Assembly (NCBI GenBank): GCA_964057225.1 | Contig: OZ059897.1 | Coordinates: 21,018,001-21,082,000 of the forward strand | DNA from: Auanema rhodensis | Lineage: Eukaryota; Animalia; Nematoda | Direction of reading: 5' to 3' | Length of the DNA stretch: 64,000 nucleotides | In this document: positions 39,313 through 54,500 of the stretch, piece by piece | Layout of the letters: each line of letters opens with the position of its first letter | How positions within the stretch are numbered: position 1 is the first letter of the stretch | Translations under genes and position numbers: made by a program | Notes under the pieces: model-generated | What the model saw: the letters and a program-made list of their open reading frames with translations, nothing else | Told to the model about the DNA's origin: nothing | The model's database searches: none

Positions 39313-42300
39313 AAGTAGATGTTTTTAGATTCCATTTTTCAAGGCAAAGACGATAGACAATGTTATTCAACGAAAAAATTAATTCTTCAGGGTGAAAATC
39401 GAGGATATAAGTGTGAACTTATATCAGTTGATATCTCGGTGCATTTTTAAGCTAGCGCAAATCTGATAACACAGATCGACGCAGCTTAAAAATCCGCATC
39501 GAATGCACTATATTACATTGAGAAACACTTGATACAAAAATTAGTTATGATCGTTTGAAAAATGATGCATTAGTGTATGTTGAGTTTCCATGTACACTCA
39601 ACATTGCTTCCAAAAACATTTTGACAAAAATTTTTTCGAAAAATTTCAAAATAATTTAGCAAAAAGTAGATGTTTTTAGATTCCTTTTTTCAAGGCAAAG
39701 ACGATAGACAATGTTATTCAACGAAAAAATTAATTCTTCAGGGTGAAAATCGAGGATATAAGTGTGAACTTATATCAGTTGATATCTCGGTGCATTTTTA
39801 AGCTAGCGCAAATCTGATAACACAGATCGACGCAGCTTAAAAATCCGCATCGAATGCACTATACTACATTGAGAAACGCTTAATACAAAAATTAGTTATG
39901 ATCGTTTGAAAAATGATGCATTAGTGTATGTTGAGTTTCCATGTACACTCAACATTGCTTCCAAAAACATTTTGACAAAAATTTTTTCGAAAAATTTCAA
40001 AATAATTTAGCAAAAAGTAGATGTTTTTAGATTCCTTTTTTCAAGGCAAAGACGATGGACAATGTTATTCAACGAAAAAATTATTTCTTCAGGGTGAAAA
40101 TCGAGGATATAAGTGTGAACTTATATCAGTTGATATCTCGGTGCATTTTTAAGCTAGCGCAAATCTGATAACACAGATCGACGCAGCTTAAAAATCCGGA
40201 TCGAATGCACTATACTACATTAAGAAACGTTTGATACAAAAATTAGTTATGATCGTTTGAAAAATGATGCATTAGTGTATGTTGAGTTTCCATGTACACA
40301 CAACATTGCTTCCAAAAACATTTTGACAAAAATTTTTTCGAAAAATTTCAAAATAATTTAGCAAAAAGTAGATGTTTTAAGATTCCATTTTTCAAGGCAA
40401 AGACGATGGACAATGTTATTCAACGAAAAAATTAATTCTTCAGGGTGAAAATCGAGGATATAAGTGTGAACTTATATCAGTTGATATCTCGGTGCATTTT
40501 TAAGCTAGCGCAAATCTGATAACACAGATCGACGCAGCTTAAAATTCCGCATCGAATGCACTATACTACATTGAGAAACGCTTAATACAAAAATTAGTTA
40601 TGATCGTTTGAAAAATGATGCATTAGTGTATGTTGAGTTTCCATGTACACTCAACATTGCTTCCAAAAACATTTTGACAAAAATTTTTTCGAAAAATTTC
40701 AAAATAATTTAACAAAAAGTAGATGTTTTTAGATTCCATTTTTCAAGGCAAAGACGATAGACAATGTTATTCAACGAAAAAATTAATTCTTCAGGGTGAA
40801 AATCGAGGATATAAGTGTGAACTTATATCAGTTGATATCTCGGTGCATTTTTAAGCTAGCGCAAATCTGATAACACAGATCGACGCAGCTTAAAAATCCG
40901 CATCGAATGCACTATACTACATTGAGAAACGCTTAATACAAAAATTAGTTATGATCGTTTGAAAAATGATGCATTAGTGTATGTTGAGTTTCCATGTACA
41001 CTCAACATTGCTTCCAAAAACATTTTGACAAAAATTTTTTCGAAAAATTTCAAAATAATTTAGCAAAAAGTAGATGTTTTTAGATTCCTTTTTTCAAGGC
41101 AAAGACGATGGACAATGTTATTCAACGAAAAAATTATTTCTTCAGGGTGAAAATCGAGGATATAAGTGTGAACTTATATCAGTTGATATCTCGGTGCATT
41201 TTTAAGCTAGCGCAAATCTGATAACACAGATCGACGCAGCTTAAAAATCCGGATCGAATGCACTATACTACATTAAGAAACGTTTGATACAAAAATTAGT
41301 TATGATCGTTTGAAAAATGATGCATTAGTGTATGTTGAGTTTCCATGTACACACAACATTGCTTCCAAAAACATTTTGACAAAAATTTTTTCGAAAAATT
41401 TCAAAATAATTTAGCAAAAAGTAGATGTTTTTAGATTCCTTTTTTCAAGGCAAAGACGATGGACAATGTTATTCAACGAAAAAATTATTTCTTCAGGGTG
41501 AAAATCGAGGATATAAGTGTGAACTTATATCAGTTGATATCTCGGTGCATTTTTAAGCTAGCGCAAATCTGATAACACAGATCGACGCAGCTTAAAAATC
41601 CGGATCGAATGCACTATACTACATTAAGAAACGTTTGATACAAAAATTAGTTATGATCGTTTGAAAAATGATGCATTAGTGTATGTTGAGTTTCCATGTA
41701 CACACAACATTGCTTCCAAAAACATTTTGACAAAAATTTTTTCGAAAAATTTCAAAATAATTTAGCAAAAAGTAGATGTTTTAAGATTCCATTTTTCAAG
41801 GCAAAGACGATGGACAATGTTATTCAACGAAAAAATTAATTCTTCAGGGTGAAAATCGAGGATATAAGTGTGAACTTATATCAGTTGATATCTCGGTGCA
41901 TTTTTAAGCTAGCGCAAATCTGATAACACAGATCGACGCAGCTTAAAATTCCGCATCGAATGCACTATACTACATTGAGAAACGCTTAATACAAAAATTA
42001 GTTATGATCGTTTGAAAAATGATGCATTAGTGTATGTTGAGTTTCCATGTACACTCAACATTGCTTCCAAAAACATTTTGACAAAAATTTTTTCGAAAAA
42101 TTTCAAAATAATTTAGCAAAAAGTAGATGTTTTTAGATTCCTTTTTTCAAGGCAAAGACGATGGACAATGTTATTCAACGAAAAAATTATTTCTTCAGGG
42201 TGAAAATCGAGGATATAAGTGTGAACTTATATCAGTTGATATCTCGGTGCATTTTTAAGCTAGCGCAAATCTGATAACACAGATCGACGCAGCTTAAAAA

Positions 42301-42822
42301 TCCGGATCGAATGCACTATACTACATTAAGAAACGTTTGATACAAAAATTAGTTATGATCGTTTGAAAAATGATGCATTAGTGTATGTTGAGTTTCCATG
42401 TACACACAACATTGCTTCCAAAAACATTTTGACAAAAATTTTTTCGAAAAATTTCAAAATAATTTAGCAAAAAGTAGATGTTTTAAGATTCCATTTTTCA
42501 AGGCAAAGACGATGGACAATGTTATTCAACGAAAAAATTAATTCTTCAGGGTGAAAATCGAGGATATAAGTGTGAACTTATATCAGTTGATATCTCGGTG
42601 CATTTTTAAGCTAGCGCAAATCTGATAACACAGATCGACGCAGCTTAAAATTCCGCATCGAATGCACTATACTACATTGAGAAACGCTTAATACAAAAAT
42701 TAGTTATGATCGTTTGAAAAATGATGCATTAGTGTATGTTGAGTTTCCATGTACACTCAACATTGCTTCCAAAAACATTTTGACAAAAATTTTTTCGAAA
42801 AATTTCAAAATAATTTAACAAA

Positions 42823-45800
42823 AAGTAGATGTTTTTAGATTCCATTTTTCAAGGCAAAGACGATAGACAATGTTATTCAACGAAAAAATTAATTCTTCAG
42901 GGTGAAAATCGAGGATATAAGTGTGAACTTATATCAGTTGATATCTCGGTGCATTTTTAAGCTAGCGCAAATCTGATAACACAGATCGACGCAGCTTAAA
43001 AATCCGCATCGAATGCACTATACTACATTGAGAAACGCTTAATACAAAAATTAGTTATGATCGTTTGAAAAATGATGCATTAGTGTATGTTGAGTTTCCA
43101 TGTACACTCAACATTGCTTCCAAAAACATTTTGACAAAAATTTTTTCGAAAAATTTCAAAATAATTTAGCAAAAAGTAGATGTTTTTAGATTCCTTTTTT
43201 CAAGGCAAAGACGATGGACAATGTTATTCAACGAAAAAATTATTTCTTCAGGGTGAAAATCGAGGATATAAGTGTGAACTTATATCAGTTGATATCTCGG
43301 TGCATTTTTAAGCTAGCGCAAATCTGATAACACAGATCGACGCAGCTTAAAAATCCGGATCGAATGCACTATACTACATTAAGAAACGCTTGATACAAAA
43401 ATTAGTTATGATCGTTTGAAAAATGATGCATTAGTGTATGTTGAGTTTCCATGTACACTCAACATTGCTTCCAAAAACATTTTGACAAAAATTTTTTCGA
43501 AAAATTTCAAAATAATTTAGCAAAAAGTAGATGTTTTTAGATTCCATTTTTCAAGGCAAAGACGATAGACAATGTTATTCAACGAAAAAATTAATTCTTC
43601 AGGGTGAAAATCGAGGATATAAGTGTGAACTTATATCAGTTGATATCTCGGTGCATTTTTAAGCTAGCGCAAATCTGATAACACAGATCGACGCAGCTTA
43701 AAAATCCGCATCGAATGCACTATACTACATTAAGAAACGCTTGATACAAAAATTAGTTATGATCGTTTGAAAAATGATGCATTAGTGTATGTTGAGTTTC
43801 CATGTACACTCAACATTGCTTCCAAAAACATTTTGACAAAAATTTTTTCGAAAAATTTCAAAATAATTTAGCAAAAAGTAGATGTTTTTAGATTCCATTT
43901 TTCAAGGCAAAGACGATAGACAATGTTATTCAACGAAAAAATTAATTCTTCAGGGTGAAAATCGAGGATATAAGTGTGAACTTATATCAGTTGATATCTC
44001 GGTGCATTTTTAAGCTAGCGCAAATCTGATAACACAGATCGACGCAGCTTAAAAATCCGCATCGAATGCACTATACTACATTGAGAAACGCTTAATACAA
44101 AAATTAGTTATGATCGTTTGAAAAATGATGCATTAGTGTATGTTGAGTTTCCATGTACACTCAACATTGCTTCCAAAAACATTTTGACAAAAATTTTTTC
44201 GAAAAATTTCAAAATAATTTAGCAAAAAGTAGATGTTTTTAGATTCCTTTTTTCAAGGCAAAGACGATGGACAATGTTATTCAACGAAAAAATTATTTCT
44301 TCAGGGTGAAAATCGAGGATATAAGTGTGAACTTATATCAGTTGATATCTCGGTGCATTTTTAAGCTAGCGCAAATCTGATAACACAGATCGACGCAGCT
44401 TAAAAATCCGGATCGAATGCACTATACTACATTAAGAAACGCTTGATACAAAAATTAGTTATGATCGTTTGAAAAATGATGCATTAGTGTATGTTGAGTT
44501 TCCATGTACACTCAATATTGCTTCCAAAAACATTTTGACAAAAATTTTTTCGAAAAATTTCAAAATAATTTAGCAAAAAGTAGATGTTTTTAGATTCCTT
44601 TTTTCAAGGCAAAGACGATAGACAATGTTATTCAACGAAAAAATTATTTCTTCAGGGTGAAAATCGAGGATATAAGTGTGAACTTATATCAGTTGATATC
44701 TCGGTGTATTTTTAAGCTAGCGCAAATCTGATAACACAGATCGACGCAGCTTAAAAATCCGCATCGAATGCACTATACTACATTGAGAAACGCTTAATAC
44801 AAAAATTAGTTATGATCGTTTGAAAAATGATGCATTAGTGTATGTTGAGTTTCCATGTACACTCAACATTGCTTCCAAAAACATTTTGACAAAAATTTTT
44901 TCGAAAAATTTCAAAATAATTTAGCAAAAAGTAGATGTTTTTAGATTCCTTTTTTCAAGGCAAAGACGATGGACAATGTTATTCAACGAAAAAATTATTT
45001 CTTCAGGGTGAAAATCGAGGATATAAGTGTGAACTTATATCAGTTGATATCTCGGTGCATTTTTAAGCTAGCGCAAATCTGATAACACAGATCGACGCAG
45101 CTTAAAAATCCGGATCGAATGCACTATACTACATTAAGAAACGCTTGATACAAAAATTAGTTATGATCGTTTGAAAAATGATGCATTAGTGTATGTTGAG
45201 TTTCCATGTACACTCAACATTGCTTCCAAAAACATTTTGACAAAAATTTTTTCGAAAAATTTCAAAATAATTTAGCAAAAAGTAGATGTTTTTAGATTCC
45301 ATTTTTCAAGGCAAAGACGATAGACAATGTTATTCAACGGAAAAGTTAATTCTTCAGGGTGAAAATCGAGGATATAAGTGTGAACTTATATCAGTTGATA
45401 TCTCGGTGCATTTTTAAGCTAGCGCAAATCTGATAACACAGATCGACGCAGCTTAAAAATCCGCATCGAATGCACTATACTACATTGAAAAACGCTTGAT
45501 ACAAAAATTAGTTATGATCGTTTGAAAAATGATGCATTAGTGTATGTTGAGTTTCCATGTACACTCAATATTGCTTCCAAAAACATTTTGACAAAAATTT
45601 TTTCGAAAAATTTCAAAATAATTTAGCAAAAAGTAGATGTTTTTAGATTCCTTTTTTCAAGGCAAAGACGATGGACAATGTTATTCAACGAAAAAATTAT
45701 TTCTTCAGGGTGAAAATCGAGGATATAAGTGTGAACTTATATCAGTTGATATCTCGGTGCATTTTTAAGCTAGCGCAAATCTGATAACACAGATCGACGC

Positions 45801-48800
45801 AGCTTAAAAATCCGCATCGAATGCACTATACTACATTGAGAAACGCTTAATACAAAAATTAGTTATGATCGTTTGAAAATTGATGCATTAGTGTATGTTG
45901 AGTTTCCATGTACACTCAACATTGCTTCCAAAAACATTTTCACAAAAATTTTTTCGAAAAATTTCAAAATAATTTAGCAAAAAGTAGATGTTTTTAGATC
46001 CCTTTTTTCAAGGCAAAGACGATGGACAATGTTATTCAACGAAAAAATTATTTCTTCAGGGTGAAAATCGAGGATATAAGTGTGAACTTATATCAGTTGA
46101 TATCTCGGTGCATTTTTAAGCTAGCGCAAATCTGATAACACAGATCGACGCAGCTTAAAAATCCGCCTCGAATGCACTATACTACATTGAAAAACGCTTA
46201 ATACAAAAATTAGTTATGATCGTTTGAAAAATGATGCATTAGTGTATGTTGAGTTTCCATGTACACTCAACATTGCTTCCAAAAACATTTTGACAAAAAT
46301 TTTTTCGAAAAATTTCAAAATAATTTAGCAAAAAGTAGATGTTTTTAGATTCGATTTTTCAAGGCAAAGACGATGGACAATGTTATTCAACGAAAAAATT
46401 ATTTCTTCAGGGTGAAAATCGAGGATATAAGAGTGAACTTATATCAGTTGATATCTCGGTGCATTTTCAAGCTAGCGCAAATCTGATAACACAGATCGAC
46501 GCAGCTTAAAAATCCGCATCGAATGCACTATACTACATTGAGAAACGCTTAATACAAAAATTAGTTATGATCGTTTGAAAAATGATGCATTAGTGTATGT
46601 TGAGTTTCCATGTACACTCAACATTGCTTCCAAAAACATTTTGACAAAAATTTTTTCGAAAAATTTCAAAATAATTTAACAAAAAGTAGATGTTTTTAGA
46701 TTCCATTTTTCAAGGCAAAGACGATAGACAATGTTATTCAACGAAAAAATTAATTCTTCAGGGTGAAAATCGAGGATATAAGTGTGAACTTATATCAGTT
46801 GATATCTCGGTGCATTTTTAAGCTAGCGCAAATCTGATAACACAGATCGACGCAGCTTAAAAATCCGCATCGAATGCACTATACTACATTGAGAAACGCT
46901 TAATACAAAAATTAGTTATGATCGTTTGAAAAATGATGCATTAGTGTATGTTGAGTTTCCATGTACACTCAACATTGCTTCCAAAAACATTTTGACAAAA
47001 ATTTTTTCGAAAAATTTCAAAATAATTTAGCAAAAAGTAGATGTTTTTAGATTCCTTTTTTCAAGGCAAAGACGATGGACAATGTTATTCAACGAAAAAA
47101 TTATTTCTTCAGGGTGAAAATCGAGGATATAAGTGTGAACTTATATCAGTTGATATCTCGGTGCATTTTTAAGCTAGCGCAAATCTGATAACACAGATCG
47201 ACGCAGCTTAAAAATCCGGATCGAATGCACTATACTACATTAAGAAACGCTTGATACAAAAATTAGTTATGATCGTTTGAAAAATGATGCATTAGTGTAT
47301 GTTGAGTTTCCATGTACACTCAACATTGCTTCCAAAAACATTTTGACAAAAATTTTTTCGAAAAATTTCAAAATAATTTAGCAAAAAGTAGATGTTTTTA
47401 GATTCCATTTTTCAAGGCAAAGACGATAGACAATGTTATTCAACGAAAAAATTAATTCTTCAGGGTGAAAATCGAGGATATAAGTGTGAACTTATATCAG
47501 TTGATATCTCGGTGCATTTTTAAGCTAGCGCAAATCTGATAACACAGATCGACGCAGCTTAAAAATCCGCATCGAATGCACTATACTACATTAAGAAACG
47601 CTTGATACAAAAATTAGTTATGATCGTTTGAAAAATGATGCATTAGTGTATGTTGAGTTTCCATGTACACTCAACATTGCTTCCAAAAACATTTTGACAA
47701 AAATTTTTTCGAAAAATTTCAAAATAATTTAGCAAAAAGTAGATGTTTTTAGATTCCATTTTTCAAGGCAAAGACGATAGACAATGTTATTCAACGAAAA
47801 AATTAATTCTTCAGGGTGAAAATCGAGGATATAAGTGTGAACTTATATCAGTTGATATCTCGGTGCATTTTTAAGCTAGCGCAAATCTGATAACACAGAT
47901 CGACGCAGCTTAAAAATCCGCATCGAATGCACTATACTACATTGAGAAACGCTTAATACAAAAATTAGTTATGATCGTTTGAAAAATGATGCATTAGTGT
48001 ATGTTGAGTTTCCATGTACACTCAACATTGCTTCCAAAAACATTTTGACAAAAATTTTTTCGAAAAATTTCAAAATAATTTAGCAAAAAGTAGATGTTTT
48101 TAGATTCCTTTTTTCAAGGCAAAGACGATGGACAATGTTATTCAACGAAAAAATTATTTCTTCAGGGTGAAAATCGAGGATATAAGTGTGAACTTATATC
48201 AGTTGATATCTCGGTGCATTTTTAAGCTAGCGCAAATCTGATAACACAGATCGACGCAGCTTAAAAATCCGGATCGAATGCACTATACTACATTAAGAAA
48301 CGCTTGATACAAAAATTAGTTATGATCGTTTGAAAAATGATGCATTAGTGTATGTTGAGTTTCCATGTACACTCAATATTGCTTCCAAAAACATTTTGAC
48401 AAAAATTTTTTCGAAAAATTTCAAAATAATTTAGCAAAAAGTAGATGTTTTTAGATTCCTTTTTTCAAGGCAAAGACGATAGACAATGTTATTCAACAAA
48501 AAAATTATTTCTTCAGGGTGAAAATCGAGGATATAAGTGTGAACTTATATCAGTTGATATCTCGGTGTATTTTTAAGCTAGCGCAAATCTGATAACACAG
48601 ATCGACGCAGCTTAAAAATCCGCATCGAATGCACTATACTACATTGAGAAACGCTTAATACAAAAATTAGTTATGATCGTTTGAAAAATGATGCATTAGT
48701 GTATGTTGAGTTTCCATGTACACTCAACATTGCTTCCAAAAACATTTTGACAAAAATTTTTTCGAAAAATTTCAAAATAATTTAGCAAAAAGTAGATGTT

Positions 48801-51597
48801 TTTAGATTCCTTTTTTCAAGGCAAAGACGATGGACAATGTTATTCAACGAAAAAATTATTTCTTCAGGGTGAAAATCGAGGATATAAGTGTGAACTTATA
48901 TCAGTTGATATCTCGGTGCATTTTTAAGCTAGCGCAAATCTGATAACACAGATCGACGCAGCTTAAAAATCCGGATCGAATGCACTATACTACATTAAGA
49001 AACGCTTGATACAAAAATTAGTTATGATCGTTTGAAAAATGATGCATTAGTGTATGTTGAGTTTCCATGTACACTCAACATTGCTTCCAAAAACATTTTG
49101 ACAAAAATTTTTTCGAAAAATTTCAAAATAATTTAGCAAAAAGTAGATGTTTTTAGATTCCATTTTTCAAGGCAAAGACGATAGACAATGTTATTCAACG
49201 GAAAAGTTAATTCTTCAGGGTGAAAATCGAGGATATAAGTGTGAACTTATATCAGTTGATATCTCGGTGCATTTTTAAGCTAGCGCAAATCTGATAACAC
49301 AGATCGACGCAGCTTAAAAATCCGCATCGAATGCACTATACTACATTGAAAAACGCTTGATACAAAAATTAGTTATGATCGTTTGAAAAATGATGCATTA
49401 GTGTATGTTGAGTTTCCATGTACACTCAATATTGCTTCCAAAAACATTTTGACAAAAATTTTTTCGAAAAATTTCAAAATAATTTAGCAAAAAGTAGATG
49501 TTTTTAGATTCCTTTTTTCAAGGCAAAGACGATAGACAATGTTATTCAACGAAAAAATTATTTCTTCAGGGTGAAAATCGAGGATATAAGTGTGAACTTA
49601 TATCAGTTGATATCTCGGTGTATTTTTAAGCTAGCGCAAATCTGATAACACAGATCGACGCAGCTTAAAAATCCGCATCGAATGCACTATACTACATTAA
49701 GAAACGCTTGATACAAAAATTAGTTATGATCGTTTGAAAAATGATGCATTAGTGTATGTTGAGTTTCCATGTACACTCAACATTGCTTCCAAAAACATTT
49801 TGACAAAAATGTTTTCGAAAAATTTCAAAATAATTTAGCAAAAAGTAGATGTTTTTAGATTCCATTTTTCAAGGCAAAGACGATAGACAATGTTATTCAA
49901 CGGAAAAGTTAATTCTTCAGGGTGAAAATCGAGGATATAAGTGTGAACTTATATCAGTTGATATCTCGGTGCATTTTTAAGCTAGCGCAAATCTGATAAC
50001 ACAGATCGACGCAGCTTAAAAATCCGCATCGAATGCACTATACTACATTGAAAAACGCTTGATACAAAAATTAGTTATGATCGTTTGAAAAATGATGCAT
50101 TAGTGTATGTTGAGTTTCCATGTACACTCAATATTGCTTCCAAAAACATTTTGACAAAAATTTTTTCGAAAAATTTCAAAATAATTTAGCAAAAAGTAGA
50201 TGTTTTTAGATTCCTTTTTTCAAGGCAAAGACGATGGACAATGTTATTCAACGAAAAAATTATTTCTTCAGGGTGAAAATCGAGGATATAAGTGTGAACT
50301 TATATCAGTTGATATCTCGGTGCATTTTTAAGCTAGCGCAAATCTGATAACACAGATCGACGCAGCTTAAAAATCCGCATCGAATGCACTATACTACATT
50401 GAGAAACGCTTAATACAAAAATTAGTTATGATCGTTTGAAAATTGATGCATTAGTGTATGTTGAGTTTCCATGTACACTCAACATTGCTTCCAAAAACAT
50501 TTTCACAAAAATTTTTTCGAAAAATTTCAAAATAATTTAGCAAAAAGTAGATGTTTTTAGATCCCTTTTTTCAAGGCAAAGACGATGGACAATGTTATTC
50601 AACGAAAAAATTATTTCTTCAGGGTGAAAATCGAGGATATAAGTGTGAACTTATATCAGTTGATATCTCGGTGCATTTTTAAGCTAGCGCAAATCTGATA
50701 ACACAGATCGACGCAGCTTAAAAATCCGCCTCGAATGCACTATACTACATTGAAAAACGCTTAATACAAAAATTAGTTATGATCGTTTGAAAAATGATGC
50801 ATTAGTGTATGTTGAGTTTCCATGTACACTCAACATTGCTTCCAAAAACATTTTGACAAAAATTTTTTCGAAAAATTTCAAAATAATTTAGCAAAAAGTA
50901 GATGTTTTTAGATTCGATTTTTCAAGGCAAAGACGATGGACAATGTTATTCAACGAAAAAATTAATTCTTCAGGGTGAAAATCGAGGATATAAGTGTGAA
51001 CTTATATCAGTTGATATCTCGGTGCATTTTTAAGCTAGCGCAAATCTGATAACACAGATCGACGCAGCTTAAAAATCCGCATCGAATGCACTATACTACA
51101 TTGAGAAAAGCTTAATACAAAAATTAGTTATGATCGTTTGAAAAATGATGCATTAGTGTATGTTGAGTTTCCATGTACACTCAACATTGCTTCCAAAAAC
51201 ATTTTGACAAAAATTTTTTCGAAAAATTTCAAAATAATTTAGCAAAAAGTAGATGTTTTTAGATTCCTTTTTTCAAGGCAAAGACGATGGACAATGTTAT
51301 TCAACGAAAAAATTATTTCTTCAGGGTGAAAATCGAGGATATAAGAGTGAACTTATATCAGTTGATATCTCGGTGCATTTTCAAGCTAGCGCAAATCTGA
51401 TAACACAGATCGACGCAGCTTAAAAATCCGCATCGAATGCACTATACTACATTGAGAAACGCTTAATACAAAAATTAGTTATGATCGTTTGAAAAATGAT
51501 GCATTAGTGTATGTTGAGTTTCCATGTACACTCAACATTGCTTCCAAAAACATTTTGACAAAAATTTTTTCGAAAAATTTCAAAATAATTTAGCAAA
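42823..51597 (+). repeat. About 11-monomer (3861-bp) block duplication with later internal edits (M123-133 vs M134-147)
   Basis: M123-130 match M134-141 in order, including GGTGTAT in M128 and M139. The private variants of M131-132 (GAAAATTGAT, TTTTCAC, AGATCCC, CCGCCTCG) recur in M144-145. Confidence 0.85.
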
Positions 51598-54500
51598 AAG
51601 TAGATGTTTTTAGATTCCTTTTTTCAAGGCAAAGACGATGGACAATGTTATTCAACGAAAAAATTATTTCTTCAGGGTGAAAATCGAGGATATAAGTGTG
51701 AACTTATATCAGTTGATATCTCGGTGCATTTTTAAGCTAGCGCAAATCTGATAACACAGATCGACGCAGCTTAAAAATCCGGATCGAATGCACTATACTA
51801 CATTAAGAAACGCTTGATACAAAAATTAGTTATGATCGTTTGAAAAATGATGCATTAGTGTATGTTGAGTTTCCATGTACACTCAACATTGCTTCCAAAA
51901 ACATTTTGACAAAAATTTTTTCGAAAAATTTCAAAATAATTTAGCAAAAAGTAGATGTTTTTAGATTCCATTTTTCAAGGCAAAGACGATAGACAATGTT
52001 CTTCAACGGAAAAGTTAATTCTTCAGGGTGAAAATCGAGGATATAAGTGTGAACTTATATCAGTTGATATCTCGGTGCATTTTTAAGCTAGCGCAAATCT
52101 GATAACACAGATCGACGCAGCTTAAAAATCCGCATCGAATGCACTATACTACATTGAAAAACGCTTAATACAAAAATTAGTTATGATCGTTTGAAAAATG
52201 ATGCATTAGTGTATGTTGAGTTTCCATGTACACTCAACATTGCTTCCAAAAACATTTTGACAAAAATTTTTTCGAAAAATTTCAAAATAATTTAGCAAAA
52301 AGTAGATGTTTTTAGATTCCTTTTTTCAAGGCAAAGACGATGGACAATGTTATTCAACGAAAAAATTATTTCTTCAGGGTGAAAATCGAGGATATAAGTG
52401 TGAACTTATATCAGTTGATATCTCGGTGCATTTTTAAGCTAGCGCAAATCTGATAACACAGATCGACGCAGCTTAAAAATCCGCATCGAATGCACTATAC
52501 TACATTGAAAAACGCTTAATACAAAAATTAGTTATGATCGTTTGAAAAATGATGCATTAGTGTATGTTGAGTTTCCATGTACACTCAACATTGCTTCCAA
52601 AAACATTTTGACAAAAATTTTTTCGAAAAATTTCAAAATAATTTAGCAAAAAGTAGATGTTTTTAGATTCGATTTTTCAAGGCAAAGACGATGGACAATG
52701 TTATTCAACGAAAAAATTAATTCTTCAGGGTGAAAATCGAGGATATAAGTGTGAACTTATATCAGTTGATATCTCGGTGCATTTTTAAGCTAGCGCAAAT
52801 CTGATAACACAGATCGACGCAGCTTAAAAATCCGCATCGAATGCACTATACTACATTGAGAAAAGCTTAATACAAAAATTAGTTATGATCGTTTGAAAAA
52901 TGATGCATTAGTGTATGTTGAGTTTCCATGTACACTCAACATTGCTTCCAAAAACATTTTGACAAAAATTTTTTCGAAAAATTTCAAAATAATTTAGCAA
53001 AAAGTAGATGTTTTTAGATTCCTTTTTTTAAGGCAAAGACGATGGACAATGTTATTCAACGAAAAAATTATTTCTTCAGGGTGAAAATCGAGGATATAAG
53101 AGTGAACTTATATCAGTTGATATCTCGGTGCATTTTTAAGCTAGCGCAAATCTGATAACACAGATCGACGCAGCTTAAAAATCCGCATCGAATGCACTAT
53201 ACTACATTGAGAAACGCTTAATACAAAAATTAGTTATGATCGTTTGAAAAATGATGCATTAGTGTATGTTGAGTTTCCATGTACACTCAACATTGCTTCC
53301 AAAAACATTTTGACAAAAATTTTTTCGAAAAATTTCAAAATAATTTAGCAAAAAGTAGATGTTTTTAGATTCCTTTTTTCAAGGCAAAGACGATGGACAA
53401 TGTTATTCAACGAAAAAATTATTTCTTCAGGGTGAAAATCGAGGATATAAGTGTGAACTTATATCAGTTGATATCTCGGTGCATTTTTAAGCTAGCGCAA
53501 ATCTGATAACACAGATCGATGCAGCTTAAAAATCCGCATCGAATGCACTATATTACATTGAGAAACACTTGATACAAAAATTAGTTATGATCGTTTGAAA
53601 AATGATGCATTAGTGTATGTTGAGTTTCCATGTACACTCAACATTGCTTCCAAAAACATTTTGACAAAAATTTTTTCGAAAAATTTCAAAATAATTTAGC
53701 AAAAAGTAGATGTTTTAAGATTCCATTTTTCAAGGCAAAGACGATGGACAATGTTATTCAACGAAAAAATTAATTCTTCAGGGTGAAAATCGAGGATATA
53801 AGTGTGAACTTATATCAGTTGATATCTCGGTGCATTTTTAAGCTAGCGCAAATCTGATAACACAGATCGACGCAGCTTAAAAATCCGCATCGAATGCACT
53901 ATACTACATTAAGAAACGCTTGATACAAAAATTAGTTATGATCGTTTGAAAAATGATGCATTAGTGTATGTTGAGTTTCCATGTACACTCAACATTGCTT
54001 CCAAAAACATTTTGACAAAAATTTTTTCGAAAAATTTCAAAATAATTTAGCAAAAAGTAGATGTTTTTAGATTCCATTTTTTAAGGCAAAGACGATAGAC
54101 AATGTTATTCAACGAAAAAATTAATTCTTCAGGGTGAAAATCGTGGATATAAGTGTGAACTTATATCAGTTGATATCTCGGTGCATTTTTAAGCTAGCGC
54201 AAATCTGATAACACAGATCGACGCAGCTTAAAAATCCGGATCGAATGCACTATACTACATTGAAGAACGCTTAATACAAAAATTAGTTATGATCGTTTGA
54301 AAAATGATGCATTAGTGTATGTTGAGTTTCCACGTACACTCAATATTGCTTCCAAAAACATTTTGACAAAAATTTTTTCGAAAAATTTCAAAATAATTTA
54401 GCAAAAAGTAGATGTTTTTAGATTCCTTTTTTCAAGGCAAAGACGATGGACAATGTTATTCAACGAAAAAATTATTTCTTCAGGGTGAAAATCGAGGATA

